Below, piece by piece: positions 37,484 to 49,900 of a DNA stretch of 64,000 nt (its first letter is position 1; every line of letters starts with the position of its first letter). Below the pieces are notes generated by a model. That model saw only the letters and a program-made list of their open reading frames with translations, did not search any database and was not told the origin of the DNA. The stretch is from the human T2T-CHM13v2.0 reference genome, Homo sapiens, in assembly GCF_009914755.1 (NCBI RefSeq), contig NC_060942.1. One strand, written 5' to 3'. The translations under genes and the position numbers were made by a program.

Positions 37484-40400
37484 CATTCTCAGAAACTTAC
37501 TCGTGATGTGTGTCCTCAACTAAAGGAGTAGAACCTATCTATTCATAGAGAAGTTTTGAAACGCTCTTTTTGTGGAATCTCCAAGTGGATATTTGGCTAG
37601 TGTTGAGGATTTCGTAGGAAGCGGGAATTCATACAAATTGCAGACTGCAGCGTTCTGAGAAACATCTTTGTGATGTTTGTATTCAGGACACAGACATGAA
37701 CATTCCCTATCATAGAGCAGGTTGGAATCACTCCTTTTGTAGTATCTGGAAGTGGACATTTGGAGCGCTTTCAGGCCTATGTTGAAAAAGGAAATATCTT
37801 CCCATAACAACTAGACACAAGCATTCTCAGAAACTTGTTTGTGATGTGTGCCCTCTACTGACAGAGTTGAACCTTTCTTTTCATAGAGCAGTTTTGAAAC
37901 ACTCTTTTTGTAGAATCCGCAAGAGGATATTTGCATAGCTTTGAGGATTTCGTGGGAAACGGGATTGTCTTCAGGTAAAATCTAGACAGAAGCATTCTCA
38001 GAAACTTCTTTGGGATGTTTGCATTCAAGTCACAGAGTAGAACATTCCCTTTGGTAGAGTAGGTTTGAAACACTCTTTTTGTAGTATCTGGAAGTGGACA
38101 TTTGGAGCGCTTTCAGGCCCATGTTGGAAAGGGAAATATCTTCCCGTAACAAATAGGCAGAAGCATTCTCAGAAACTTATTTGAGATGTGTGTACTCAAC
38201 TAAGAGAATTGAACCACCGTTTTGAAGGAGCAGTTTTGAAACACTCTTTTTCTGGAATCTGCAAGAGTATATTTGCCTAGCCTTGAGGATTTCGTTGGAA
38301 ACGGGATTGTCTTCAGATAAAATCTAGACAGAAGCATTCTCAGAAACTTCTTTGGGATGTTTGCATTCAAGTCACAGAGTAGAACATTCCCTTTGGTAGA
38401 GCAGGTTTGAAACACTCTTTTTTTAGTATATGGAAGTGGACATTTGGAGCGCTTTCAGGCCTACGTTGGAAAAGGAAATATCTTCCGATAACAACTAGAC
38501 AGAAGCATTCTCAGAAACTAGTTTCTGATGTGTGTCCTCAACTAACACAGTTGTACATTTCTTTACACAGAACAGTTTTGAAACACTCTTTTTGTGGAAT
38601 CTGCAAGTGGATATTGGGCTAGATTTGAGGATTTCGTTGGAAACGGGATTACATATAAAAAGCAGTCAGCAGCATTCTCAGAAAGTTCTTTGTGATGATT
38701 GCATTCAAGTCACAGAATTGAACATTCCCTTTCACAGAGCAGGTTTGAAACACTCTTTTTGTAGTGTGTGTAAGTGGACATTTGGAGCGCTTTCCAGCCT
38801 AAGGTGAAAAAGGACTTATCTTCCCATAAAAACTAGACAGAAGCATTCTCAGAAACTTACTCGTGATGTGTGTCCTCAACTAAAGGAGTAGAACCTTTCT
38901 ATTCATAGAGAAGTTTTGAAACGCTCTTTTTGTGGAATCTCCAAGTGGATATTTGGCTAGTGTTGAGGATTTCGTAGGAAGCGGGAATTCATACAAATTG
39001 CAGACTGCAGCGTTCTGAGAAACATCTTTGTGATGTTTCTATTCAGGACACAGAGATGAACATTCCCTATCATAGAGCAGGTTGGAATCACTCCTTTTGT
39101 AGTATCTGGAAGTGGACATTTGGAGCGCTTTCAGGCCTATGTTGAAAAAGGAAATATCTTCCCATAACAACTAGACACAAGCATTCTCAGAAACTTGTTT
39201 GTGATGTGTGCCCTCTACTGACAGAGTTGAACCTTTCTTTTCATAGAGCAGTTTTGAAACACTCTTTTTGTAGAATCCGCAAGAGGATATTTGCATAGCT
39301 TTGAGGATTTCGTGGGAAACGGGATTGTCTTCAGGTAAAATCTAGACAGAAGCATTCTCAGAAACTCCTTTGGGATGTTTGCATTCAAGTCACAGAGTAG
39401 AACATTCCCTTTGGTAGAGCAGGTTTGAAACACTCTTTTTGTAGTATCTGGAAGTGGACATTTGGAGCGCTTTCAGGCCCATGTTGGAAAGGGAAATATC
39501 CTCCCGTAACAACTAGGCAGAAGCATTCTCAGAAACTTATTTGAGATGTGTGTACTCAACTAAGAGAATTGAACCACCGTTTTGAAGGAGCAGTTTTGAA
39601 ACACTCTTTTTCTGGAATCTGCAAGAGTATATTTGCCTAGCCTTGAGGACTTCGTTGGAAACGGGATTGTCTTCAGATAAAATCTAGACAGAAGCATTCT
39701 CAGAAACTTCTTTGGGATGTTTGCATTCAAGTCACAGAGTAGAACATTCCCTTTGGTAGAGCAGGTTTGAAACACTCTTTTTGTAGTATATGGAAGTGGA
39801 CATTTGGAGCGCTTTCAGGCCTACGTTGGAAAAGGAAATATCTTCCCATAACAACTAGACAGAAGCATTCTCAGAAACTAGTTTCTGATGTGTGTCCTCA
39901 ACTAACACAGTTGCACATTTCTTTACACAGAACAGTTTTGAAACACTCTTTTTGTGGAATCTGCAAGTGGATATTGGGCTAGATTTGAGGATTTCGTTGG
40001 AAACGGGATTACATATACAAAGCAGTCAGCAGCATTCTCAGAAAGTTCTTTGTGATGATTGCATTCAAGTCACAGAATTGAACATTCCCTTTCACAGAGC
40101 AGGTTTGAAACACTCTTTTTGTAGTGTGTGTAAGTGGACATTTGGAGCGCTTTCCGGCCTAAGGTGAAAAAGGACATATCTTCCCATAAAAACTAGACAG
40201 AAGCATTCTCAGAATCTTACTCGTGATGTGTGTCCTCAACTAAAGGAGTAGAACCTTTCTATTCATAGAGAAGTTTTGAAACGCTCTTTTTGTGGAATCT
40301 CCAAGTGGATATTTGGCTAGTGTTGAGGATTTCGTAGGAAGCGGGAACTCATACAAATTGCAGACTGCAGCGTTCTGAGAAACATCTTTGTGATGTTTGT

Positions 40401-42923
40401 ATTCAGGACACAGAGATGAACATTCCCTATCATAGAGCAGGTTGGAATCACTCCTTTTGTAGTATCTGGAAGTGGACATTTGGAGCGCTTTCAGGCCTAT
40501 GTTGAAAAAGGAAATATCTTCCCATAACAACTAGACACAAGCATTCTCAGAAACTTGTTTGTGATGTGTGCCCTCTACTGACAGAGTTGAACCTTTCTTT
40601 TCATAGAGCAGTTTTGAAACACTCTTTTTGTAGAATCTTCAAGAGGATATTTGCATAGCTTTGAGGATTTCGTGGGAAACGGGATTGTCTTCAGGTAAAA
40701 TCTAGACAGAAGCATTCTCAGAAACTTCTTTGGGATGTTTGCATTCAAGTCACAGAGTAGAACATTCCCTTTGGTAGAGTAGGTTTGAAACACTCTTTTT
40801 GTAGTATCTGGAAGTGGACATTTGGAGCGCTTTCAGGCCCATGTTGGAAAGGGAAATATCCTCCCGTAACAACTAGGCAGAAGCATTCTCAGAAACTTAT
40901 TTGAGATGTGTGTACTCAACTAAGAGAATTGAACCACCCTTTTGAAGGAGCAGTTTTGAAACACTCTTTTTCTGGAATCTGCAAGAGTATATTTGCCTAG
41001 CCTTGAGGATTTCGTTGGAAACGGGATTGTCTTCAGATAAAATCTAGACAGAAGCATTCTCAGAAACTTCTTTGGGATGTTTGCATTCAAGTCACAGAGT
41101 AGAACATTCCCTTTGGTAGAGCAGGTTTGAAACACTCTTTTTTTAGTATATGGAAGTGGACATTTGGAGCGCTTTCAGGCCTACGTTGGAAAAGGAAATA
41201 TCTTCCCATAACAACTAGACAGAAGCATTCTCAGAAACTAGTTTCTGATGTGTGTCCTCAACTAACACAGTTGTACATTTCTTTAGACAGAATAGTTTTG
41301 AAACACTCTTTTTGTGGAATCTGCAAGTGGATATTGGGCTAGATTTGAGGATTTCGTTGGAAACGGGATTACATATAAAAAGCAGTCAGCAGCATTCTCA
41401 GAAAGTTCTTTGTGATGATTGCATTCAAGTCACAGAATTGAACATTCCCTTTCACAGAGCAGGTATGAAACACTCTTTTTGTAGTGTGTGTAAGTGGACA
41501 TTTGAAGCGCTTTCCGGCCTAAGGTGAAAAAGGAAATATCTTCCCATAAAAACTAGACAGAAGCATTCTCAGAAACTTACTCGTGATGTGTTTCCTCAAC
41601 TAAAGGAGTAGAACCTTTCTATTCATAGAGAAGTTTTGAAACGCTCTTTTTGTGGAATCTCCAAGTGGATATTTGGCTAGTTTTGAGGATTTCGTTGGAA
41701 GCGGGAATTCATCCAAATTGCAGACTGCAGCATTCTGAGAAACATCTTTGTGATGTTTGTATTCAAGACACAGAGATGAACATTCCCTATCATAGAGCAT
41801 GTTGGAATCAGTCCTTTTGTAGTATCTGGAAGTGGACATTTGGAGCGCTTTCAGGCCTATGTTGAAAAAGGAAATATCTTCCCATAACAACTAGACACAA
41901 GCATTCTCAGAAACTTGTTTGTGATGTGTGCCCTCTACTGACAGAGTTGAACCTTTCTTTTCATAGAGCAGTTTTGAAACACTCTTTTTGTAGAATCCGC
42001 AAGAGGATATTTGCATAGCTTTGAGGATTTCGTGGGAAACGGGATTGTCTTCAGGTAAAATCTAGACAGAAGCATTGTCAGAAACTTCTTTGGGATGTTT
42101 GCATTCAAGTCACAGAGTAGAACATTCCCTTTGGTAGAGCAGGTTTGAAACACTCTTTTTGTAGTATCTGGAAGTGGACATTTGGAGCGCTTTCAGGCCC
42201 ATGTTGGAAAGGGAAATATCTTCCCGTAACAACTAGGCAGAAGCATTCTCAGAAACTTATTTGAGATGTGTGGACTCAACTAAGAGAATTGAACCACCGT
42301 TTTGAAGGAGCAGTTTTGAAACACTCTTTTTCTGGAATCTGCAAGATTATATTTGCCTAGCCTTGAGGATTTCGTTGGAAACGGGATTGTCTTCAGATAA
42401 AATCTAGACAGAAGCATTCTCAGAAACTTATTTGGGATGTTTGCATTCAAGTCACAGAGTAGAACATTACCTTTGGTAGAGCAGGTTTGAAACACTCTTT
42501 TTTTAGTATATGGAAGTGGACATTTGGAGCGCTTTCAGGCCTATGTTGGAAAAGGAAATATCTTCCCATAACAACTAGACAGAAGCATTCTCAGAAACTA
42601 GTTTCTGATGTGTGTCCTCAACTAACACAGTTGAACTTTTCTTTAGACAGAACAGTTTTGAAACACTCTTTTTGTGGAATCTGCAAGTGGATATTGGGCT
42701 AGATTTGAGGATTTCGTTGGAAACGGGATTACATATAAAAAGCAGACAGCAGCATTCTCAGAAAGTTCTTTGTGATGATTGCATTCAAGTCACAGAATTG
42801 AACATTCCCTTTCACAGAGCAGGTTTGAAACACTCTTTTTGTAGTGTGTGTAAGTGGACATTTTGAGCGCTTTCCAGCCTAAGGTGAAAAAGGAAATATC
42901 TTCCCATAAAAACTAGACAGAAG
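37484..42923 (+). repeat. Four 8-mer HORs
   Basis: 1360-bp phase: starts 37484, 38844, 40204, 41564. Confidence 0.93.
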
Positions 42924-43941
42924 CATTCTCAGAAACTTACTCGTGATGTGTTTCCTCAACTAAAGGAGTAGAACCTTTCTATTCATAGAGAAGTTTTGAA
43001 ACGCTCTTTTTGTGGAATCTCCAAGTGGATATTTGGCCAGTTTTGAGGATTTCGTTGGAAGCGGGAATTCATCCAAATTGCAGACTGCAGCGTTCTGAGA
43101 AACATCTTTGTGATGTTTGTATTCAGGACACAGAGATGAACATTCCCTATCATAGAGCAGGTTGGAATCACTCCTTTTGTAGTATCTGGAAGTGGACAAT
43201 TGGAGCGCTTTCAGGCCTATGTTGAAAAAGGAAATATCTTCCCATAACAACTAGACACAAGCATTCTCAGAAACTTGTTTGTGATGTGTGCCCTCTACTG
43301 ACAGAGTTGAACCTTTCTTTTCATAGAGCAGTTTTGAAACACTCTTTTTGTAGAATCCGCAAGAGGATATTTGCATAGCTTTGAGGATTTCGTGGGAAAC
43401 GGGATTGTCTTCAGGTAAAATCTAGACAGAAGCATTCTCAGAAACTTCTTTGGGATGTTTGCATTCAAGTCACAGAGTAGAACATTCCCTTTGGTAGAGC
43501 AGGTTTGAAACACTCTTTTTGTAGTATCTGGAAGTGGACATTTGGAGCGCTTTCAGGCCTACGTTGGAAAAGGAAATATCTTCCCATAACAACTAGACAG
43601 AAGCATTCTCAGAAACTAGTTTCTGATGTGTGTCCTCAACTAACACAGTTGTACATTTCTTTATACAGAACAGTTTTGAAACACTCTTTTTGTGGAATCT
43701 GCAAGTGGATATTTGGCTAGATTTGAGTATTTCGTTGGAAACGGGATTACATATAAAAAGCAGTCAGCAGCATTCTCAGAAAGTTCTTTGTGATGATTGT
43801 ATTCAAGTCACAGAATTGAACATTCCCTTTCACAGAGCAGGTTTGAAACACTCTTTTTGTAGTGTGTGTAAGTGGACATTTGGAGCGCTTTCCGGCCTAA
43901 GGTGAAAAAGGACATATCTTCCCATAAAAACTAGACAGAAG
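42924..43941 (+). repeat. 6-mer HOR structural variant (1018 bp): m1-m3, hybrid m4/m6, m7-m8
   Basis: m4-type TTTTTGTAGTATCTGG is followed by m6-type GGCCTACGTTGGAAAAGG at 43560. m5 is absent and the phase shifts by -342. Confidence 0.95.
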
Positions 43942-46900
43942 CATTCTCAGAAACTTACTCGTGATGTGTGTCCTCAACTAAAGGAGTAGAACCTTTCTAT
44001 TCATAGAGAAGTTTTGAAACGCTCTTTTTGTGGAATCTCCAGGTGGATATTTGGCTAGTGTTGAGGATTTCGTTGAAAGCGGGAATTCATCCAAATTGCA
44101 GACTGCAGCGTTCTGAGAAACATCTTTGTGATGTTTGTATTCAGGACACAGAGATGAACATTCCCTATCATAGAGCAGGTTGGAATCACTCCTTTTGTAG
44201 TATCTGGAAGTGGACATTTGGAGCGCTTTCAGGCCTATGTTGAAAAAGGAAATATCTTCCCATAACAACTAGACACAAGCATTCTCAGAAACTTGTTTGT
44301 GATGTGTGCCCTCTACTGACAGAGTTGAACCTTTCTTTTCATAGAGCAGTTTTGAAACACTCTTTTTGTAGAATCCGCAAGAGGATATTTGCATCGCTTT
44401 GAGGAATTCGTGGGAAACGGGATTGTCTTCAGGTAAAATCTAGACAGAAGCATTCTCAGAAACTTCTTTGGGATGTTTGCATTCAAGTCACAGAGTAGAA
44501 CATTCCCTTTGGTAGAGCAGGTTTGAAACACTCTTTTTGTAGTATCTGGAAGTGGACATTTGGAGCGCTTTCAGGCCCATGTTGGAAAGGGAAATATCTT
44601 CCCGTAACAACTAGGCAGAAGCATTCTCAGAAACTTATTTGAGATGTGTGTACTCAACTAAGACAATTGAACCACCGTTTTGAAGGAACAGTTTTGAAAC
44701 ACTCTTTTGCTGGAATCTGCAAGAGTATATTTGCCTAGCCTTGAGGATTTCGTTGGAAACGGGATTGTCTTCAGATAAAATCTAGACAGAAGCATTCTCA
44801 GAAACTTCTTTGGGATGTTTGCATTCAAGTCACAGAGTAGAACATTCCCTTTGGTAGAGCAGGTTTGAAACACTCTTTTTTTAGTATATGGAAGTGGACA
44901 TTTGGAGCGCTTTCAGGCCTACGTTGGAAAAGGAAATATCTTCCCATAACAACTAGACAGAAGCATTCTCAGAAACTAGTTTCTGATGTGTGTCCTCAAC
45001 TAACACAGTTGAACTTTTCTTTAGACAGAACAGTTTTGAAACACTCTTTTTGTGGAATCTGCAAGTGGATATTGGGCTAGATTTGAGGATTTCGTTGGAA
45101 ACGGGATTACATATAAAAAACAGTCAGCAGCATTCTCAGAAAGTTCTTTGTGATGATTGCATTCAAGTCACAGAATTGAACATTCCCTTTCACAGAGCAG
45201 GTTTGAAACACTCTTTTTGTAGTGTGTGTAAGTGGAGATTTGGAGCGCTTTCCGGCCTAAGGTGAAAAAGGACATATCTTCCCATAAAAACTAGACAGAA
45301 GCATTCTCAGAAACTTACTCGTGATGTGTGTCCTCAACTAAAGGAGTAGAACCTTTCTATTCATAGAGAAGTTTTGAAACGCTCTTTTTGTGGAATCTCC
45401 AAGTGGATATTTGGCTAGTTTTGAGGATTTCGTTGGAAGCGGGAATTCATACAAATTGCAGACTGCAGCGTTCTGAGAAACATCTTTGTGATGTTTGTAT
45501 TCAAGACACAGAGATGAACATTCCCTATCATAGAGCATGTTGGAATCACTCCTTTTGTAGTATCTGGAAGTGGACATTTGGAGCGCTTTCAGGCCTATGT
45601 TGAAAAAGGAAATATCTTCCCATAACAACTAGACACAAGCATTCTCAGAAACTTGTTTGTGATGTGTGCCCTCTACTGACAGAGTTGAACCTTTCTTTTC
45701 ATAGAGCAGTTTTGAAACACTCTTTTTGTAGAATCCGCAAGAGGATATTTGCATAACTTTGAGGATTTCGTGGGAAACGGGATTGTCTTCAGGTAAAATC
45801 TAGACAGAAGCATTCTCAGAAACTTCTTTGGGATGTTTGCATTCAAGTCACAGAGTAGAACATTCCCTTTGGTAGAGCAGGTTTGAAACACTCTTTTTGT
45901 AGTATCTGGAAGTGGACATTTGGAGCGCTTTCAGGCCCATGTTGGAAAGGGAAATATCTTCCCGTAACAACTAGGCAGAATCATTCTCAGAAACTTATTT
46001 GAGATGTGTGTACTCAACGAAGAGAATTGAACCACCGTTTTGAAGGAGCAGTTTTGAAACCCTCTTTTTCTGGAATCTGCAAGAGTATATTTGCCTAGCC
46101 TTGAGGATTTCGTTGGAAACGGGATTGTCTTCAGATAAAATCTAGACAAAAGCATTCTCAGAAACTTCTTTGAGATGTTTGCATTCAAGTCACAGAGTAG
46201 AACATTCCCTTTAGTAGAGCAGGTTTGAAACACTCTTTTTTTAGTATATGGAAGTGGACATTTGGAGCGCTTTCAGGCCTACGTTGGAAAAGGAAATATC
46301 TTCCCATAACAACTAGACAGAAGCATTCTCAGAAACTAGTTTCTGATGTGTGTCCTCAACTAACACAGTTGAACTTTTCTTTAGACAGAACAGTTTTGAA
46401 ACACTCTTTTTGTGGAATCTGCAAGTGGATATTGGGCTAGATTTGAGGATTTCGTTGGAAACGGGATTACATATAAAAAGCAGACAGCAGCATTCTCAGA
46501 AAGTTCTTTGTGATGATTGCATTCAAGTCACAGAATTGAACATTCCCTTTCACAGAGCAGGTTTGAAACACTCTTTTTGTAGTGTGTGTAAGTGGACATT
46601 TGGAGCGCTTTCCGGCCTAAGGTGAAAAAGGACATATCTTCCCATAAAAACTAGACAGAAGCATTCTCAGAAACTTACTCGTGATGTGTGTCCTCAACTA
46701 AAGGAGTAGAACCTTTCTATTCATAGAGAAGTTTTGAAACGCTCTTTTTGTGGAATCTCCAAGTGGATATTTGGCTAGTGTTGAGGATTTCGTTGAAAGC
46801 GGGAATTCATCCAAATTGCAGACTGCAGCGTTCTGAGAAACATCTTTGTGATGTTTGTATTCAGGACACAGAGATGAACATTCCCTATCATAGAGCAGGT

Positions 46901-49900
46901 TGGAATCACTCCTTTTGTAGTATCTGGAAGTGGACATTTGGAGCGCTTTCAGGCCTATGTTGAAAAAGGAAATATCTTCCCATAACAACTAGACACAAGC
47001 ATTCTCAGAAACTTGTTTGTGATGTGTGCCCTCTACTGACAGAGTTGAACCTTTCTTTTCATAGAGCAGTTTTGAAACACTCTTTTTGTAGAATCCGCAA
47101 GAGGATATTTGCATCGCTTTGAGGAATTCGTGGGAAACGGGATTGTCTTCAGGTAAAATCTAGACAGAAGCATTCTCAGAAACTTCTTTGGGATGTTTGC
47201 ATTCAAGTCACAGAGTAGAACATTCCCTTTGGTAGAGCAGGTTTGAAACACTCTTTTTGTAGTATCTGGAAGTGGACATTTGGAGCGCTTTCAGGCCCAT
47301 GTTGGAAAGGGAAATATCTTCCCGTAACAACTAGGCAGAAGCATTCTCAGAAACTTATTTGAGATGTGTGTACTCAACTAAGACAATTGAACCACCGTTT
47401 TGAAGGAACAGTTTTGAAACACTCTTTTTCTGGAATCTGCAAGAGTATATTTGCCTAGCCTTGAGGATTTCGTTGGAAACGGGATTGTCTTCAGATAAAA
47501 TCTAGACAGAAGCATTCTCAGAAACTTCTTTGGGATGTTTGCATTCAAGTCACAGAGTAGAACATTCCCTTTGGTAGAGCAGGTTTGAAACACTCTTTTT
47601 TTAGTATATGGAAGTGGACATTTGGAGCGCTTTCAGGCCTACGTTGGAAAAGGAAATATCTTCCCATAACAACTAGACAGAAGCATTCTCAGAAACTAGT
47701 TTCTGATGTGTGTCCTCAACTAACACAGTTGAACTTTTCTTTAGACAGAACAGTTTTGAAACACTCTTTTTGTGGAATCTGCAAGTGGATATTGGGCTAG
47801 ATTTGAGGATTTCGTTGGAAACGGGATTACATATAAAAAACAGTCAGCAGCATTCTCAGAAAGTTCTTTGTGATGATTGCATTCAAGTCACAGAATTGAA
47901 CATTCCCTTTCACAGAGCAGGTTTGAAACACTCTTTTTGTAGTGTGTGTAAGTGGAGATTTGGAGCGCTTTCCGGCCTAAGGTGAAAAAGGACATATCTT
48001 CCCATAAAAACTAGACAGAAGCATTCTCAGAAACTTACTCGTGATGTGTGTCCTCAACTAAAGGAGTAGAACCTTTCTATTCATAGAGAAGTTTTGAAAC
48101 GCTCTTTTTGTGGAATCTCCAAGTGGATATTTGGCTAGTTTTGAGGATTTCGTTGGAAGCGGGAATTCATACAAATTGCAGACTGCAGCGTTCTGAGAAA
48201 CATCTTTGTGATGTTTGTATTCAAGACACAGAGATGAACATTCCCTATCATAGAGCATGTTGGAATCACTCCTTTTGTAGTATCTGGAAGTGGACATTTG
48301 GAGCGCTTTCAGGCCTATGTTGAAAAAGGAAATATCTTCCCATAACAACTAGACACAAGCATTCTCAGAAACTTGTTTGTGATGTGTGCCCTCTACTGAC
48401 AGAGTTGAACCTTTCTTTTCATAGAGCAGTTTTGAAACACTCTTTTTGTAGAATCCGCAAGAGGATATTTGCATAACTTTGAGGATTTCGTGGGAAACGG
48501 GATTGTCTTCAGGTAAAATCTAGACAGAAGCATTCTCAGAAACTTCTTTGGGATGTTTGCATTCAAGTCACAGAGTAGAACATTCCCTTTGGTAGAGCAG
48601 GTTTGAAACACTCTTTTTGTAGTATCTGGAAGTGGACATTTGGAGCGCTTTCAGGCCCATGTTGGAAAGGGAAATATCTTCCCGTAACAACTAGGCAGAA
48701 TCATTCTCAGAAACTTATTTGAGATGTGTGTACTCAACGAAGAGAATTGAACCACCGTTTTGAAGGAGCAGTTTTGAAACCCTCTTTTTCTGGAATCTGC
48801 AAGAGTATATTTGACTAGCCTTGAGGATTTCGTTGGAAACGGGATTGTCTTCAGATAAAATCTAGACAAAAGCATTCTCAGAAACTTCTTTGAGATGTTT
48901 GCATTCAAGTCACAGAGTAGAACATTCCCTTTAGTAGAGCAGGTTTGAAACACTCTTTTTTTAGTATATGGAAGTGGACATTTGGAGCGCTTTCAGGCCT
49001 ACGTTGGAAAAGGAAATATCTTCCCATAACAACTAGACAGAAGCATTCTCAGAAACTAGTTTCTGATGTGTGTCCTCAACTAACACAGTTGAACTTTTCT
49101 TTAGACAGAACAGTTTTGAAACACTCTTTTTGTGGAATCTGCAAGTGGATATTGGGCTAGATTTGAGGATTTCGTTGGAAACGGGATTACATATAAAAAG
49201 CAGACAGCAGCATTCTCAGAAAGTTCTTTGTGATGATTGCATTCAAGTCACAGAATTGAACATTCCCTTTCACAGAGCAGGTTTGAAACACTCTTTTTGT
49301 AGTGTGTGTAAGTGGACATTTGGAGCGCTTTCCGGCCTAAGGTGAAAAAGGACATATCTTCCCATAAAAACTAGACAGAAGCATTCTCAGAAACTTACTC
49401 GTGATGTGTGTCCTCAACTAAAGGAGTAGAACCTTTCTATTCATAGAGAAGTTTTGAAACGCTCTTTTTGTGGAATCTCCAAGTGGATATTTGGCTAGTG
49501 TTGAGGATTTCGTTGAAAGCGGGAATTCATCCAAATTGCAGACTGCAGCGTTCTGAGAAACATCTTTGTGATGTTTGTATTCAGGACACAGAGATGAACA
49601 TTCCCTATCATAGAGCAGGTTGGAATCACTCCTTTTGTAGTATCTGGAAGTGGACATTTGGAGCGCTTTCAGGCCTATGTTGAAAAAGGAAATATCTTCC
49701 CATAACAACTAGACACAAGCATTCTCAGAAACTTGTTTGTGATGTGTGCCCTCTACTGACAGAGTTGAACCTTTCTTTTCATAGAGCAGTTTTGAAACAC
49801 TCTTTTTGTAGAATCCGCAAGAGGATATTTGCATCGCTTTGAGGAATTCGTGGGAAACGGGATTGTCTTCAGGTAAAATCTAGACAGAAGCATTCTCAGA

